Part shown: in pieces, positions 18,922 to 29,139 of the stretch
Numbering within the stretch: the stretch's first letter is position 1
How the letters are laid out: each line of letters begins with the position of its first letter
IMG/VR virus record: IMGVR_UViG_3300021399_000104
DNA: 64,000 bases
Strand: one strand, 5' to 3'
Origin: an uncultured virus (IMG/VR IMGVR_UViG_3300021399_000104)
Lineage: Duplodnaviria; Heunggongvirae; Uroviricota; Caudoviricetes
Position numbers and translations under genes: made by a program
Notes under the pieces: generated by a model
What the model was told of the DNA's origin: nothing
Databases searched by the model: none
What the model saw: only the letters and a program-made list of their open reading frames with translations

Positions 18922-19255
18922 AAATCAGGAAGAACTTATTTATGGTTGGGGAACAGCACAAGAGGTCGCTAATGAAGTATTTCAAAGATCTGCTGAAGTT
19001 CTGTTGGAAGGTAACTTGGTTTTCGCATATAGAGCAATGACCGAGAAAGGACCATATGAAGTAGTTGTATCTCAAAGGTTCGATTCACAAGGACATAATG
19101 TTGACTCTTATGCGGTCTATGTGGTTACCCCTGGATGGTCTGGGATTATCTCTGACGTTAAGAAAGGATATATCACCGAAACCGTACTGCCAGACCTCAA
19201 AGAATGGAAAGTAGACAAAACTATTATTAAGGCTCTAGAAAATAAATTAAGTTAA
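18911..19255 (+). CDS. hypothetical protein
   Basis: 114 aa ORF. Confidence 0.7.
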   Translation: MESKNQEELIYGWGTAQEVANEVFQRSAEVLLEGNLVFAYRAMTEKGPYEVVVSQRFDSQGHNVDSYAVYVVTPGWSGIISDVKKGYITETVLPDLKEWKVDKTIIKALENKLS

Positions 19256-19272
19256 ATTAAAATTTTATAGTT

Positions 19273-20313
19273 ATGACAATTGAAAAGAAATCACTTCTCG
19301 CTGTTGATCTTGGATATAGTAATGTGAAAGTTTGTTACTATGATGACGCTGGCGCACTTCAATTTGATAAGTATATTTCATCAGTCTCTAAAGTAGATAC
19401 ACCAATTGAACTAGACGATGATATAATGTTCCAACTTGAGGGAAATACCTACGTCATGGGAGCTTCAGCATTAAAACTGTCGTCAGATCTCCTTATGCCT
19501 CTCGAAACATTTGAAGATATGAAAGCAGTTTACCCTATCTGGCTGTCCTATCTGTTTAAGAAATATGGTGGTCGATCAAAATTTAAACATGTTGTGGTCG
19601 GACTATCTATGGCTTTTTCAGATAGAGTGGATGAACTACTGGACTCCCTCTATGAAACACTTATGATTAGAGAGGAAAATTTCTTCCTGGTTCTGACACA
19701 AGGACTGGCCGCTTCATATGCAATTAATACGAGAAACTTAGATATCTCAGAAACATCCTCAGGACATTCAGGAAGTAATGGACCAAAAAACTATATACTT
19801 CTTGATGGCGGATTCTTAACTTGTGATTTTTGTGCCGTGGTCGCTGGAAAAGCCTCCGCCGGTGCAGCTATCGGAGTACCTAATACCGGATGTATCTGTA
19901 TTGCATATAATATTATGGACTATCTCTACAAGGAATATTCAATGAAAGTCTCTATTAAAGAAGCACAGAATATTCTCGATGCTGACGGAATTTTTGTTAA
20001 ACGAGGTAGAAAATATGATATCTCCGACCAAGTCAAAACCTTTACACGACAATACTTGGGCAATATCTTCTCATTACTGGAAGATAAATACGGATCATAT
20101 CTCGACTCCTCCGATAAATTATTGGTGGTTGGTGGCGTGTCCTATCTACTCCAAAAATATCAAAACGATCCAGAAGTAATAAAAGAGATAGAAAAGCATT
20201 TCTCACGATCTTTTATTCAATGGCCGGAAGATCTAGGCGAATACTATAACTGCTATTCCTATCTTAAAGCCGCTGAAGAAAAAATCTTACCAGGAATGTA
20301 CGCGAATGAATAG
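19273..20313 (+). CDS. ParM/StbA-like actin-fold ATPase
   Basis: AVDLGYSNVK (phosphate 1), LLDGGFLTCD (phosphate 2), VVGG (adenosine). Confidence 0.8.
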   Translation: MTIEKKSLLAVDLGYSNVKVCYYDDAGALQFDKYISSVSKVDTPIELDDDIMFQLEGNTYVMGASALKLSSDLLMPLETFEDMKAVYPIWLSYLFKKYGGRSKFKHVVVGLSMAFSDRVDELLDSLYETLMIREENFFLVLTQGLAASYAINTRNLDISETSSGHSGSNGPKNYILLDGGFLTCDFCAVVAGKASAGAAIGVPNTGCICIAYNIMDYLYKEYSMKVSIKEAQNILDADGIFVKRGRKYDISDQVKTFTRQYLGNIFSLLEDKYGSYLDSSDKLLVVGGVSYLLQKYQNDPEVIKEIEKHFSRSFIQWPEDLGEYYNCYSYLKAAEEKILPGMYANE

Positions 20314-20328
20314 TATGTGTGACAAAAG

Positions 20329-20823
20329 ATGGCAGATACGAAGACCATTAAAGGCCTACCATTTCTCATCGGTAATACCATCTATCAGGAACAAATACTC
20401 TTCGTAGGTAACCAAAACTCAACAAACACAGTAGTACTGATTGAAGATATTTGGAAAGATCTAATCACAGGACCATCTACCGCTAAAACTAATGGTAAAG
20501 GGTACTTCTATTGGGAATTCGATATCACTAACCCCGAAGATGATACCCTTACTACTAAAATAAAACTGGAATGTCCTAGACCCTATGAAGAAGTATATGA
20601 GGATCTTGACTCTGGAAATACTGAATATGCTGAATACTGGGCTGAAAAAATGAAAGCTGCTAAAGAAAATTATGAATATAAAGCAGCTGTACAAAAGAAG
20701 GAGATTGTATTCGAAGGCTCTCAATATGTAGACTATAATACAGGTGAAGTTGTTCATGTTGATAAAACTAAAGTAACTAATAATGACCTCGCCGATGTGC
20801 AAAACCTATTGAGCCTTTTCTAA
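20329..20823 (+). CDS. hypothetical protein
   Basis: 164 aa ORF followed by a terminator-like hairpin. Confidence 0.7.
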   Translation: MADTKTIKGLPFLIGNTIYQEQILFVGNQNSTNTVVLIEDIWKDLITGPSTAKTNGKGYFYWEFDITNPEDDTLTTKIKLECPRPYEEVYEDLDSGNTEYAEYWAEKMKAAKENYEYKAAVQKKEIVFEGSQYVDYNTGEVVHVDKTKVTNNDLADVQNLLSLF

Positions 20824-20901
20824 TACAAAACCATAAACAAACCCCCTACGGATTATAGTTTAGAAATAAATGAAGATCAATAGGGGGATTTTTCTTTCCT
20901 G

Positions 20902-20949
20902 AAATGAACAAAATGCGATCAATGTCCTATGATTTACCTTATATACGAT
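20902..20949 (+). promoter_or_regulatory. bipartite phage promoter
   Basis: AAATGAACAAAA at 20902, CCTTATATACGA at 20937. Confidence 0.7.
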
Positions 20950-20969
20950 AACCAAAAAGGAAGATTAAT

Positions 20970-21764
20970 ATGAATACATGTCCATTAATGATCGGAAAGG
21001 AATTTATTTTTAACAAGACTCAAAAGAAATATAAAATTCTGGCGGAGTCTAAAATGAAAAACCCACAAACAAGAGAATGGCAAGACTGCGTCATCTATCA
21101 ACAGTCTAATGGCGAAGTCGAACCTATGACGTTTGTGAGAGAAAAACAAGAATTCCTGGAAAAATTTTCAGAGGTAAACCCTAATCTTGTGAATATGTAT
21201 TATGGCTTATCCGGAACTTTTAAGAGTTCAACTATCAAACATAAATTGAAGTTTGACCCAGAGGGAATTCCTGTTTGGTCAGAAATAAAAACCTGGAAAA
21301 CTTTTGAAAATAAACTCTTTCCAGACCTTATTCCTCAATCTAACCTCAATCTAGCACTCCTACATCTGACCAACCTTAAACGTATATCAGGATGCTACGA
21401 TAAAACAATCTATATAGAACGAGGAATAACTGATATGATATTTTATGAAAATCCAGACCTAAGTGAAGATATCATTAAGAGAGCTGTAGAACTCGAAATA
21501 GGAATTGTTGGCGGGGATTCAGTTCGAAAAGTGCTGTTGGTTCAGAAAGATGTCGACTTCTTAACTACGCACGTTCTTCACGACAAAATTAGATCAAATG
21601 TTTTTCCTGGCGGAGTCAACGAATATCTAGAAAAACAAGATAAATACGTTGAATTTACCAAGAAACACAACCACATCGATAAGGTAATCGAAATAACCAA
21701 TGCAAAGGAGTATCTTCGAAATCTTGGTGTGGACTTTAACGAACAAATGATTAATAACTTATAA
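20970..21764 (+). CDS. DUF1653-like N-terminal domain fused to a P-loop nucleoside/nucleotide kinase-like domain
   Basis: KYKIL...VIYQ....FVRE..EFLEKF, then YGLSGTFKS and IERGITD. Confidence 0.55.
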   Translation: MNTCPLMIGKEFIFNKTQKKYKILAESKMKNPQTREWQDCVIYQQSNGEVEPMTFVREKQEFLEKFSEVNPNLVNMYYGLSGTFKSSTIKHKLKFDPEGIPVWSEIKTWKTFENKLFPDLIPQSNLNLALLHLTNLKRISGCYDKTIYIERGITDMIFYENPDLSEDIIKRAVELEIGIVGGDSVRKVLLVQKDVDFLTTHVLHDKIRSNVFPGGVNEYLEKQDKYVEFTKKHNHIDKVIEITNAKEYLRNLGVDFNEQMINNL

Positions 21765-21897
21765 TCTTTATGGTGGTAAAATACCTTTAAAGATGAGTGT
21801 TCTTATTAGTATATTTCAATCTTGATAAGAAATTATCAGGAATTATTTCGGGCTATACCTAGAATATTGAGTGTACTTCTTAAAACAACTATAATTT

Positions 21898-24045
21898 ATG
21901 ATGAACGTAAAAAAGAGAAACGGCTCTATTGAAGAGTTCGACGTTAAAAAGATTAAGAGGGGAATTCGAAATGCCATGAAGACTGGTACTGGCGAATATT
22001 TCCCCAGACTAATCGATGCTATTATCAATGAGGTAAAGGATCAATTCAAAGACCAAGAGACTATTACTGGTCATGATATTGATACTATAGTCATTAAGCG
22101 CCTCAAAGATTATGGTCAAGCATCAACCGCAACAAACTACGAGAGATACAAGACTCTAAAATACTATCAAAAGTCGAATAGTATTGTAGATAATGAAATC
22201 GATGGTCTTGTTGCTGGTACTAATGTAGCTGTTATTGATGAAAATTCAAACAAGGACTCTCATCTTATCTCTACTCAACGAGATTTGATTGCAGGCATCC
22301 TTTCTCGCGACTATGCTAATAGAAAGATTATGCCTACCGATATCTTACAGGCCCATCAACTTGGCTTATTGCATTATCATGACTCGGATTATGCAATTCA
22401 TAGAGGAATCTTTAATTGCCAATTGATTAATCTGAAAGATATGCTTCAAAATGGTACAGCAATCAATGGAAAAAAGATTGAAACACCAAAATCCATTCAA
22501 ACTGCTGCAACAATTGCTACTCAGATTAGTCTGCAAGTAGCCAATGGACAATATGGAGGGCAAACTTTTAGTCTTTCTCACCTTGCACCGTTTGTGAGGG
22601 TTTCCTACAATAAGTATGTCAAAAAACTGACTGATAACTATATAGAACTAGGTAAAACACCGGACGAGGAATTGATTAAGGCTCAAGCTGAACAATTTAC
22701 TCGTGATGAGGTTCGAAGCGCTGTACAGACTATTCAGTTTCAGGAAAATACATTCTCTTCCACAAATGGTCAGACTCCTTTTGTATCTGTCTTCATGTAT
22801 ATTAATGAAGAGCCAGAATATAAGAAGGAGACGGCTATGCTTATCGAAGAAACTATTAAGCTTCGATATCAAGGAATGAAGAATAAAGATGGCGTATATG
22901 TTACTCCAGCATTTCCAAAGCTCTTGTATGTGTTGGATGAAAACAATGTGCCAGAAGATTCAGAGTATCGATATCTTACTGACTTAGCCGTTAAGTGTGC
23001 TGCCAAAAGAATGAATCCTGACTTCATTTCGGCCAAGATCATGCGCAGAAACTATGAAGGAAACGTATTTCCTTGCATGGGATGCAGAAGTTTCCTCGCA
23101 CCTTGGAAAGATGAAAATGGAAACTATAAATTCTATGGTAGATTTAACCGTGGCGTAGTAACACTGAATCTCGTTGATGTTGCTCTGTCAGCCAAGAAGA
23201 ATATTGATAGCTTCTGGTTAATCCTTGACGAGAGACTTGAACTCTGTAAGAAAGCCTTAATTTTAAGAACTCAGCTTCTTAGAGATGCGGTTTCAGATGT
23301 TAGTCCTATCCATTGGCAAGATGGCTCAGTGGCTCGTCTCAAACAAGGGGAAAAGATAAATAAGTATCTTGACGGCGGCTATAGTTCTATTTCATTGGGC
23401 TTTATTGGTCTTCATGAAATGTGTATGGCTATGTTTGGAGAAAGTCTGACGTCAAAAGTTGGCAGGGAATTTGCATTAAAGGTATTAAGATATCTTTCTG
23501 ATACTTGTGCTAAGTGGAAGACTGAAGATGATCTTAATGGCGCCTCATTATATGCAACACCATCTGAGTCACTTTGTTATAACTTTGCTGAGAAGACAAA
23601 GAAGCGTTTTGGTGAAATTAAAGGTATCACAGATAAAATGTGGTTTACTAACTCATATCATGTAACACCAACTGAACCAATTGATGCCTTCTCCAAGCTT
23701 AAGTTTGAAGCTGAGTTTCAGAACATTTCTAAGGGTGGTGCAGTTTCTTATGTTGAAGTACCAAACATGATGGATAATCTTGAGGCACTCTCACAGATAG
23801 TAAACTTCATGTATGATAACATTCAATATGCAGAAATTAACACTCGTTGTGGTGATGTATGCTCCGCATGTGGATATACAGGTGAAATAGATACTGACGA
23901 AAATGGCGTTTGGACCTGTCCTAATTGTGGATGCCAGGATCGCGAAAAGCTAACGGTCACCCGCAGAACGTGTGGGTATATCGGGTCCACCTTCTGGAAC
24001 AAGGGCAAAACCCAAGAAATCAGCCAGAGAGTATATCATATTTAA
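21898..24045 (+). CDS. nrdD: anaerobic (class III) ribonucleoside-triphosphate reductase with ATP cone
   Basis: VKKRNG ATP cone, MGCRS, CxxC..CPNCG, RRTCGYIG glycyl-radical motif. Confidence 0.97.
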   Translation: MMNVKKRNGSIEEFDVKKIKRGIRNAMKTGTGEYFPRLIDAIINEVKDQFKDQETITGHDIDTIVIKRLKDYGQASTATNYERYKTLKYYQKSNSIVDNEIDGLVAGTNVAVIDENSNKDSHLISTQRDLIAGILSRDYANRKIMPTDILQAHQLGLLHYHDSDYAIHRGIFNCQLINLKDMLQNGTAINGKKIETPKSIQTAATIATQISLQVANGQYGGQTFSLSHLAPFVRVSYNKYVKKLTDNYIELGKTPDEELIKAQAEQFTRDEVRSAVQTIQFQENTFSSTNGQTPFVSVFMYINEEPEYKKETAMLIEETIKLRYQGMKNKDGVYVTPAFPKLLYVLDENNVPEDSEYRYLTDLAVKCAAKRMNPDFISAKIMRRNYEGNVFPCMGCRSFLAPWKDENGNYKFYGRFNRGVVTLNLVDVALSAKKNIDSFWLILDERLELCKKALILRTQLLRDAVSDVSPIHWQDGSVARLKQGEKINKYLDGGYSSISLGFIGLHEMCMAMFGESLTSKVGREFALKVLRYLSDTCAKWKTEDDLNGASLYATPSESLCYNFAEKTKKRFGEIKGITDKMWFTNSYHVTPTEPIDAFSKLKFEAEFQNISKGGAVSYVEVPNMMDNLEALSQIVNFMYDNIQYAEINTRCGDVCSACGYTGEIDTDENGVWTCPNCGCQDREKLTVTRRTCGYIGSTFWNKGKTQEISQRVYHI

Positions 24046-24057
24046 TTTTAGTTACGA

Positions 24058-24549
24058 ATGAACTACTTCAAAATTAAAAAATATGATATAGCTAACGGAA
24101 AAGGAATACGAACTTCCATTTTTGTTAGTGGCTGTACCTTCCATTGTGAGGATTGCTTTAACTATGAGGCTTGGTCCTTTAGTTCAGGTCATAAATTTGA
24201 TGAAGATGCGAAGAAAGAATTGTTTGACCTGTTAGGTGATGAGCAGTGTAAAGGATTAAGCGTATTAGGAGGAGAGCCTTTAATGCAAGGTCAGGAACTG
24301 TTAGACCTATTAAAAGAGGTAAGGCTGACATTTCCAGATAAGAACATTTGGCTTTGGACAGGATACTATATGAACGAGTTGAATGACCTTCAAAAAGAGA
24401 TTGTCTCTTACTGTGACTATGTAATTGACGGTCGATTTGAAAAAAGTCAGGCGTATAAAAAGTACTTGTTTAAAGGTTCTGGCAATCAGACAATATGGCA
24501 ACGTCAGGAGAACGGTGAATTTGTAGTGAGTGAATATAACGACATGTAA
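24058..24549 (+). CDS. nrdG: anaerobic RNR activating radical SAM protein
   Basis: NGKGIR.SIFVSGCTFHCEDCFN, LGGEP, IDGRF, GSGNQ. Confidence 0.95.
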   Translation: MNYFKIKKYDIANGKGIRTSIFVSGCTFHCEDCFNYEAWSFSSGHKFDEDAKKELFDLLGDEQCKGLSVLGGEPLMQGQELLDLLKEVRLTFPDKNIWLWTGYYMNELNDLQKEIVSYCDYVIDGRFEKSQAYKKYLFKGSGNQTIWQRQENGEFVVSEYNDM

Positions 24550-24780
24550 AATAAAAAGAGGTGATGAGAGGAGAGCTTTGAATGCTCTTTCCTCCTATCA
24601 CTTCTTACTTAATTTTAAAATTAACTGTGGAAAATATTGACGAGAAAGAATTCGTACCCTTGCAATATGAAATTCCGCCAGAATCATTGGGCAAGTTCAA
24701 AATAAATCAATTTCGAAAGGCCTTAAATACGGAAAAAATTTGCTCAGTGGGTTACTATTTTTCCAAAGGCCCGAAAACTT

Positions 24781-25476
24781 TTGACTAAATTGCTTATGAT
24801 ACTTAAACGAAAGCCTAAGTTTGTGTTAGAACTCTCATCATCCGCAGTAAAACTGATATCAAAGGATGAGAAAATAATTAAGAGAACTAATACAAAGCAG
24901 TATCTAAATAGTAGTAATACTCTAGATCCAATCAAGTATAGACTTAACGTTTTGCCAGAAATTGTAAAATTACTTCAACAAGCTGATAATAAAGCTTTGA
25001 TAATTGCCACGGCTCTATATAGATCTATCACTAATAAAGAGGAAATTGTGAAGATGATAGAGAATGAGACGGGCAGTAAGGTTAATATATTGAGTGGTAA
25101 GGAAGAAGCTCTGGCCATTAGAGACGCTGTTAAATATGAGCTACCAGATACGAAGCACATATTGATTATAGATAGTGGGTCGATGAGTGTAGAGCTTAGC
25201 ACAACCCACCTCAATTATTATCAGAGCTTTGCCAAGAATCAATCAGTGACAATTAAGCCAGACATTAAGAAGCTATTACAGGACGATGCTGAACTTCTAA
25301 TTGTAGTAACTGGTGAAAAGATGGCAGGTCTAACTGAGAAGCAACCTATATATGATCCGATAAAACAGCTCGGATGGCATAAGGTTCTTCAAAATATTAT
25401 AAAACAGATAGGTTCTCATCCGGTTCTGGGTACAAGAGCTACACCCGGATTAGGTATTTTACTCCGGAAGACCTAG
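24781..25476 (+). CDS. Ppx/GppA-family (ASKHA) phosphatase-like protein, short form
   Basis: VLELSSSAVKL, IATALYR..N, ILSGKEEA and IIDSGSMSVEL resemble the Ppx/GppA motifs. Confidence 0.7.
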   Translation: MTKLLMILKRKPKFVLELSSSAVKLISKDEKIIKRTNTKQYLNSSNTLDPIKYRLNVLPEIVKLLQQADNKALIIATALYRSITNKEEIVKMIENETGSKVNILSGKEEALAIRDAVKYELPDTKHILIIDSGSMSVELSTTHLNYYQSFAKNQSVTIKPDIKKLLQDDAELLIVVTGEKMAGLTEKQPIYDPIKQLGWHKVLQNIIKQIGSHPVLGTRATPGLGILLRKT

Positions 25477-25629
25477 CAAATTTAACAATGAGGCTTGATG
25501 AAGAAAATTAATAAATATACTTAAATTGTTCTTTTACCATTTAATCCTTAAAAATATTATGATAGGATGCCACGATTTTCCATGTTGTTTTAGTTTTGGT
25601 CTATCATATATAGGGGTTAATCTAATTTA

Positions 25630-25983
25630 ATGCAGAGAAAAATGAAAAGACTTATATATATTTCTCTTATCTTAACTTTCTGCATCACACTATCATCTTG
25701 TTTTGCGGATGCTTATTACCTATCAGATGGAGAAGTGGTAAAATATGGTCAACCTGTCTACTATAATGGCTACGTAAGTTACTATTATTATCATGGACAT
25801 TACTATTATCCATATCACTACGGGAATACTTATCGTTATTATCGTTACTCCAGACCTACACCTCCACCAAGATACATAGAGAGAAGACATAATTATCAAC
25901 CAGCACCTCTACCACGACGATCTATCCCACAACAAATGCCAAGACGGGAACCAAGACCATCTATAAGAGGAGGACGCAGGTAA
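25630..25983 (+). CDS. putative lipoprotein with a Tyr-rich then Pro/Arg-rich tail
   Basis: signal peptide plus LSSC lipobox. Confidence 0.65.
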   Translation: MQRKMKRLIYISLILTFCITLSSCFADAYYLSDGEVVKYGQPVYYNGYVSYYYYHGHYYYPYHYGNTYRYYRYSRPTPPPRYIERRHNYQPAPLPRRSIPQQMPRREPRPSIRGGRR

Positions 25984-26008
25984 AACTTAACAAATTTAAA
26001 ACTACACA

Positions 26009-26248
26009 TTGATTAATTTGAATGATATGCCAAGTAGATTATATAAAGTATTGGATGTTCTTTCTACTATCATCCTTACTTTTATCTGCTCTATTCTAGT
26101 TTATGGTATCTTCTTACTAATCCTTGGTTCTGACGACATGTGTAGGTTTAGATGTTTCTCTATCCTATTTACTGTCTTTGGAACACTATGGGCTAGAGCT
26201 AGAATAGAAATAAGAAAATTAAAGAAAAATAAAAACTATGAAAATTGA
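26009..26248 (+). CDS. small two-TM membrane protein
   Basis: two hydrophobic segments and a basic tail. Confidence 0.6.
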   Translation: MINLNDMPSRLYKVLDVLSTIILTFICSILVYGIFLLILGSDDMCRFRCFSILFTVFGTLWARARIEIRKLKKNKNYEN

Positions 26249-26489
26249 ATTAACAGAGGGATGCATTGCTTGGTCTCTTACTATCGACGGTGAAGAAGAG
26301 ATAAACCTGACCGATGAAGCTAGAATTAAAGTCTACCAGAAAATCTTTGAATGGCTGAAAGATAAACCAGACCAACTTAATACCATCTTACAACGACTCG
26401 TCCCTTACCTAGCACAAAACTATGAGACTACTGATGAACCTTGTGAGTGCTGTGGAGACTATGTCGATACTTATACTTGGGAAATATAA
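26238..26489 (+). CDS. hypothetical protein (CxCCG motif)
   Basis: 83 aa ORF. Confidence 0.65.
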   Translation: MKIELTEGCIAWSLTIDGEEEINLTDEARIKVYQKIFEWLKDKPDQLNTILQRLVPYLAQNYETTDEPCECCGDYVDTYTWEI

Positions 26490-26504
26490 ATATAAATATG
26501 GGAT

Positions 26505-26576
26505 TGAGTTGTGGTGTAAGAGGTAACACTATAGATTTTGGTTCTATCATTCTGGGTTCGAATCCCGGCAACTCAA
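26505..26576 (+). tRNA. tRNA-Gln (TTG)
   Basis: acceptor TGAGTTG/CAACTCA, D stem GTGT/ACAC, anticodon stem ATAGA/TCTAT with loop TTTTGGT, T arm CTGGG-TTCGAAT-CCCGG; CCA not encoded. Confidence 0.92.
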
Positions 26577-26582
26577 CTAAAT

Positions 26583-27845
26583 ATGAAACTAATTATGAAA
26601 AAGAAAAAGAAATTAATCTGTTTAATACTATTCCCCCTCCTGATCACTACTCTAACCTTTATGTTTATATCTGGATGCTCTGAATATGACGGAGAATTCT
26701 ATGAGGTAAAATTTAATAAAGCGTTTCTAGAGTACCTGGGAATCTCTGAAATTAACCAGGATCAAGAGTGGGGATTTGAAAACTATAATACAAGAGCAGT
26801 CGTAGATAAATGGGATATGACTGACTACCCTAAAGAACTCGAACCTAAAGCCATAACACAACACGAAAAAGAAGTGGTAACGGAATGGTTCTCTAATAAT
26901 CCTGGCTTTACTGGATCTATTGTGAACTGGGATTGCTTCTTTATTCAACACGTCTCAGGTAAATACTATGAAGACGGAATTTGGCACCACTACGACCAAA
27001 ATAGAATAGGAAATGGTTATGACTCTAATTACTGGGATACCGAATTTACACAGTCTTTCATACTAGACCACCTTAAAGCCGATGGGGAACATGTCTACGA
27101 CTATAACTCTACTATGGGCAATAAAATAGTCTATATGAAAAACTCCTCTACTAAAGACTTCTCATGCCAATTAAGCTGGAATAACGCTGAAATACATAAC
27201 TATAAGATGGCAGAAATAGAAGTCGATGGAGAAAAAGGAATGTATATTGGTTTCTCAGCTTGGAATACCGTCGAAGATAATGGCACTAAAGAACTACACG
27301 CCGATAGAAAATATTATTGCGACGATTGGATACTTAAAATAACACCAGGCAAAGAAACAATGCTAGGAATCAACGGCAGAATCATAGTTGAAGACCTACT
27401 CTCACAGTCCTCACTTAAACCAAGAAAATCAGACTGGGACTATAATGACGCCGTCTTCGATTATAATATACAAGAAGACTATACAACCATAACACTACTC
27501 GCCGCAATGGGAACAATACCACTCTATATAGCTGAAAGAGAAGTTCATGAAGCTTTTGGTACTTTCCCATCTGCTATAGTCGATACAAGAAAACAAACAC
27601 AATATCAACCCGTCACATGGAAATTTAAAACTATCTCACAAAATCCTAACGACATCCCAATCTATATCAAAACTCCACAACAAGTCTACAAATTAACAGC
27701 AACAAAAGGACATGCACCTTCAAAAATTAATGTGGGACAAGACTTCGATTGGATGGACGAAGGAGAACATATAGCGGGAAGATATCCGGAATTTAAAGAC
27801 TATGCGGAAAAAGGCGAATGGAAAAATAATGAATGGTATCGATAA
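26583..27845 (+). CDS. putative lipoprotein with a DUF4842-like C-terminal domain
   Basis: basic N-terminus, hydrophobic stretch and ISGC lipobox; RIIVEDL..DWDYNDAVFD..ITLLAAMGTIPL..EVHEAFG resembles Bacteroidota DUF4842-type proteins. Confidence 0.65.
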   Translation: MKLIMKKKKKLICLILFPLLITTLTFMFISGCSEYDGEFYEVKFNKAFLEYLGISEINQDQEWGFENYNTRAVVDKWDMTDYPKELEPKAITQHEKEVVTEWFSNNPGFTGSIVNWDCFFIQHVSGKYYEDGIWHHYDQNRIGNGYDSNYWDTEFTQSFILDHLKADGEHVYDYNSTMGNKIVYMKNSSTKDFSCQLSWNNAEIHNYKMAEIEVDGEKGMYIGFSAWNTVEDNGTKELHADRKYYCDDWILKITPGKETMLGINGRIIVEDLLSQSSLKPRKSDWDYNDAVFDYNIQEDYTTITLLAAMGTIPLYIAEREVHEAFGTFPSAIVDTRKQTQYQPVTWKFKTISQNPNDIPIYIKTPQQVYKLTATKGHAPSKINVGQDFDWMDEGEHIAGRYPEFKDYAEKGEWKNNEWYR

Positions 27846-27963
27846 AACTTCTTTAATTGTTCATATTAAATAAATTTAAATTGTTAATAATTTTCAAGAG
27901 GGATGGTTCGTGATGAATAGTCCCTTTATTTTTCTTATATATGAATTAAAATGAGTTATTAAT

Positions 27964-28590
27964 ATGAAGATCAGATTTGGTAAATATAAAGGAAAAGAAG
28001 TAGAAGATCTGCTGGAAATAAACCCGCAATACCTACTTTGGGCTGATAAGGAAGTGAAAAACTTTAAACTACCAGAAAAAGTTAAAGCACAATGCATAGC
28101 GAAATGTAGAAGAAATGAAAAGAAAAAAGATGAAGAACTGTCCTTTACTAAACTAATAGATGAAGCACTAGGAAGACTACCAAAAACTCTACCACCACCA
28201 CCGCCTCCTATAACATCACCACAATGGATTAGAGTCGATGATAAAGATAGACCATTGGCAGTCGGAGTCGAAGTACTAGCATATAATCCAGCTTGGGTAA
28301 AATATATGAACATCTCCGGTATTCGAATAGGATTCCTTAACCAAAACGGATACTTTACTTCCGCATCTTGGAATGAATCACTCGGATACTACGAAACTTG
28401 CTCTTCTCCAGGCGACGATTGGGACGCTGTCGAAAAAGGAACAGACGGAACAAAGAAAACCTATTACTTCAAAAATGGATTGGTTCATGAGGGATTTCTA
28501 CCTAATATGCCAACTCACTACCTGTATCTGCCACATCCACCATACCAGGGAAATGGATTAAACCTGGGAAAAGTTAATGTGTCACTGTAA
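27964..28590 (+). CDS. FGKYKG-motif domain fused via poly-Pro to a DUF551-like domain
   Basis: IRFGKYKGK...YLLWA; WIRV...P...EVL...PTHY..LP.PP. Confidence 0.6.
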   Translation: MKIRFGKYKGKEVEDLLEINPQYLLWADKEVKNFKLPEKVKAQCIAKCRRNEKKKDEELSFTKLIDEALGRLPKTLPPPPPPITSPQWIRVDDKDRPLAVGVEVLAYNPAWVKYMNISGIRIGFLNQNGYFTSASWNESLGYYETCSSPGDDWDAVEKGTDGTKKTYYFKNGLVHEGFLPNMPTHYLYLPHPPYQGNGLNLGKVNVSL

Positions 28591-28592
28591 AT

Positions 28593-28634
28593 AAAAAAAA
28601 AGAAAAGAGATTAGATGTAAAAGTCTAGTCTCTT
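28593..28634. terminator. repeated bidirectional terminator-like hairpin (copy 1)
   Basis: A-run, AAGAGATTAGA-TGTAAAAG-TCTAGTCTCTT, T-run; near-identical copy at 33026-33069. Confidence 0.7.
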
Positions 28635-28675
28635 ATTTTTTTTTCTCCCCTAAATTAAACAAAAAAAGGAAGCAT

Positions 28676-28936
28676 TTAAGCTCCCCATTTTGCTAAGATA
28701 CCTTTGAGAGTTGTATCAAACTCCGCTAATTTAACAGAGTCTTCCTCCGATAATACCTTTGTCTTTACATATTCCAATCGTTTCTGAGCCTTTTTTACTA
28801 GTCTCAGTTCGTCTTTTAATAACCCCCTTGTGAAAATAGGCCAACCAATGCCGGCATATTCTTCCAGGTCTTCAACTTCACTCAGCCAAAGTTCTGTTGA
28901 CTGAAGTTTTTTCATTGTTTTTTCTAATTTTTCCAT
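28676..28936 (-). CDS. hypothetical protein
   Basis: likely start MEKLEK; CCTTATATGTG promoter motif upstream. Confidence 0.65.
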   Translation of the reverse strand: MEKLEKTMKKLQSTELWLSEVEDLEEYAGIGWPIFTRGLLKDELRLVKKAQKRLEYVKTKVLSEEDSVKLAEFDTTLKGILAKWGA

Positions 28937-29139
28937 TTTCTTTATATCTAATTGGTTAAACATATAATTTCACATATAAGGCATAGAGGAGAATTTGAGG
29001 AGGAAAAATGATGAAAACGATGAAGGAAAATTGAGAAGAAAATCCTGAGAAAATGTCGGAATTTTTTTGAGAAGAAAAAAAAATGACAGTTGAGAGCTTC
29101 TAGACGATGATGAGACTCTGAAAATTTCTCCGCCAAAAA

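Noticed and set aside
26447..26683. ORFs overlapping tRNA-Gln
   Set aside because: The region is explained by the tRNA; the downstream gene more plausibly starts at 26583 or 26595.
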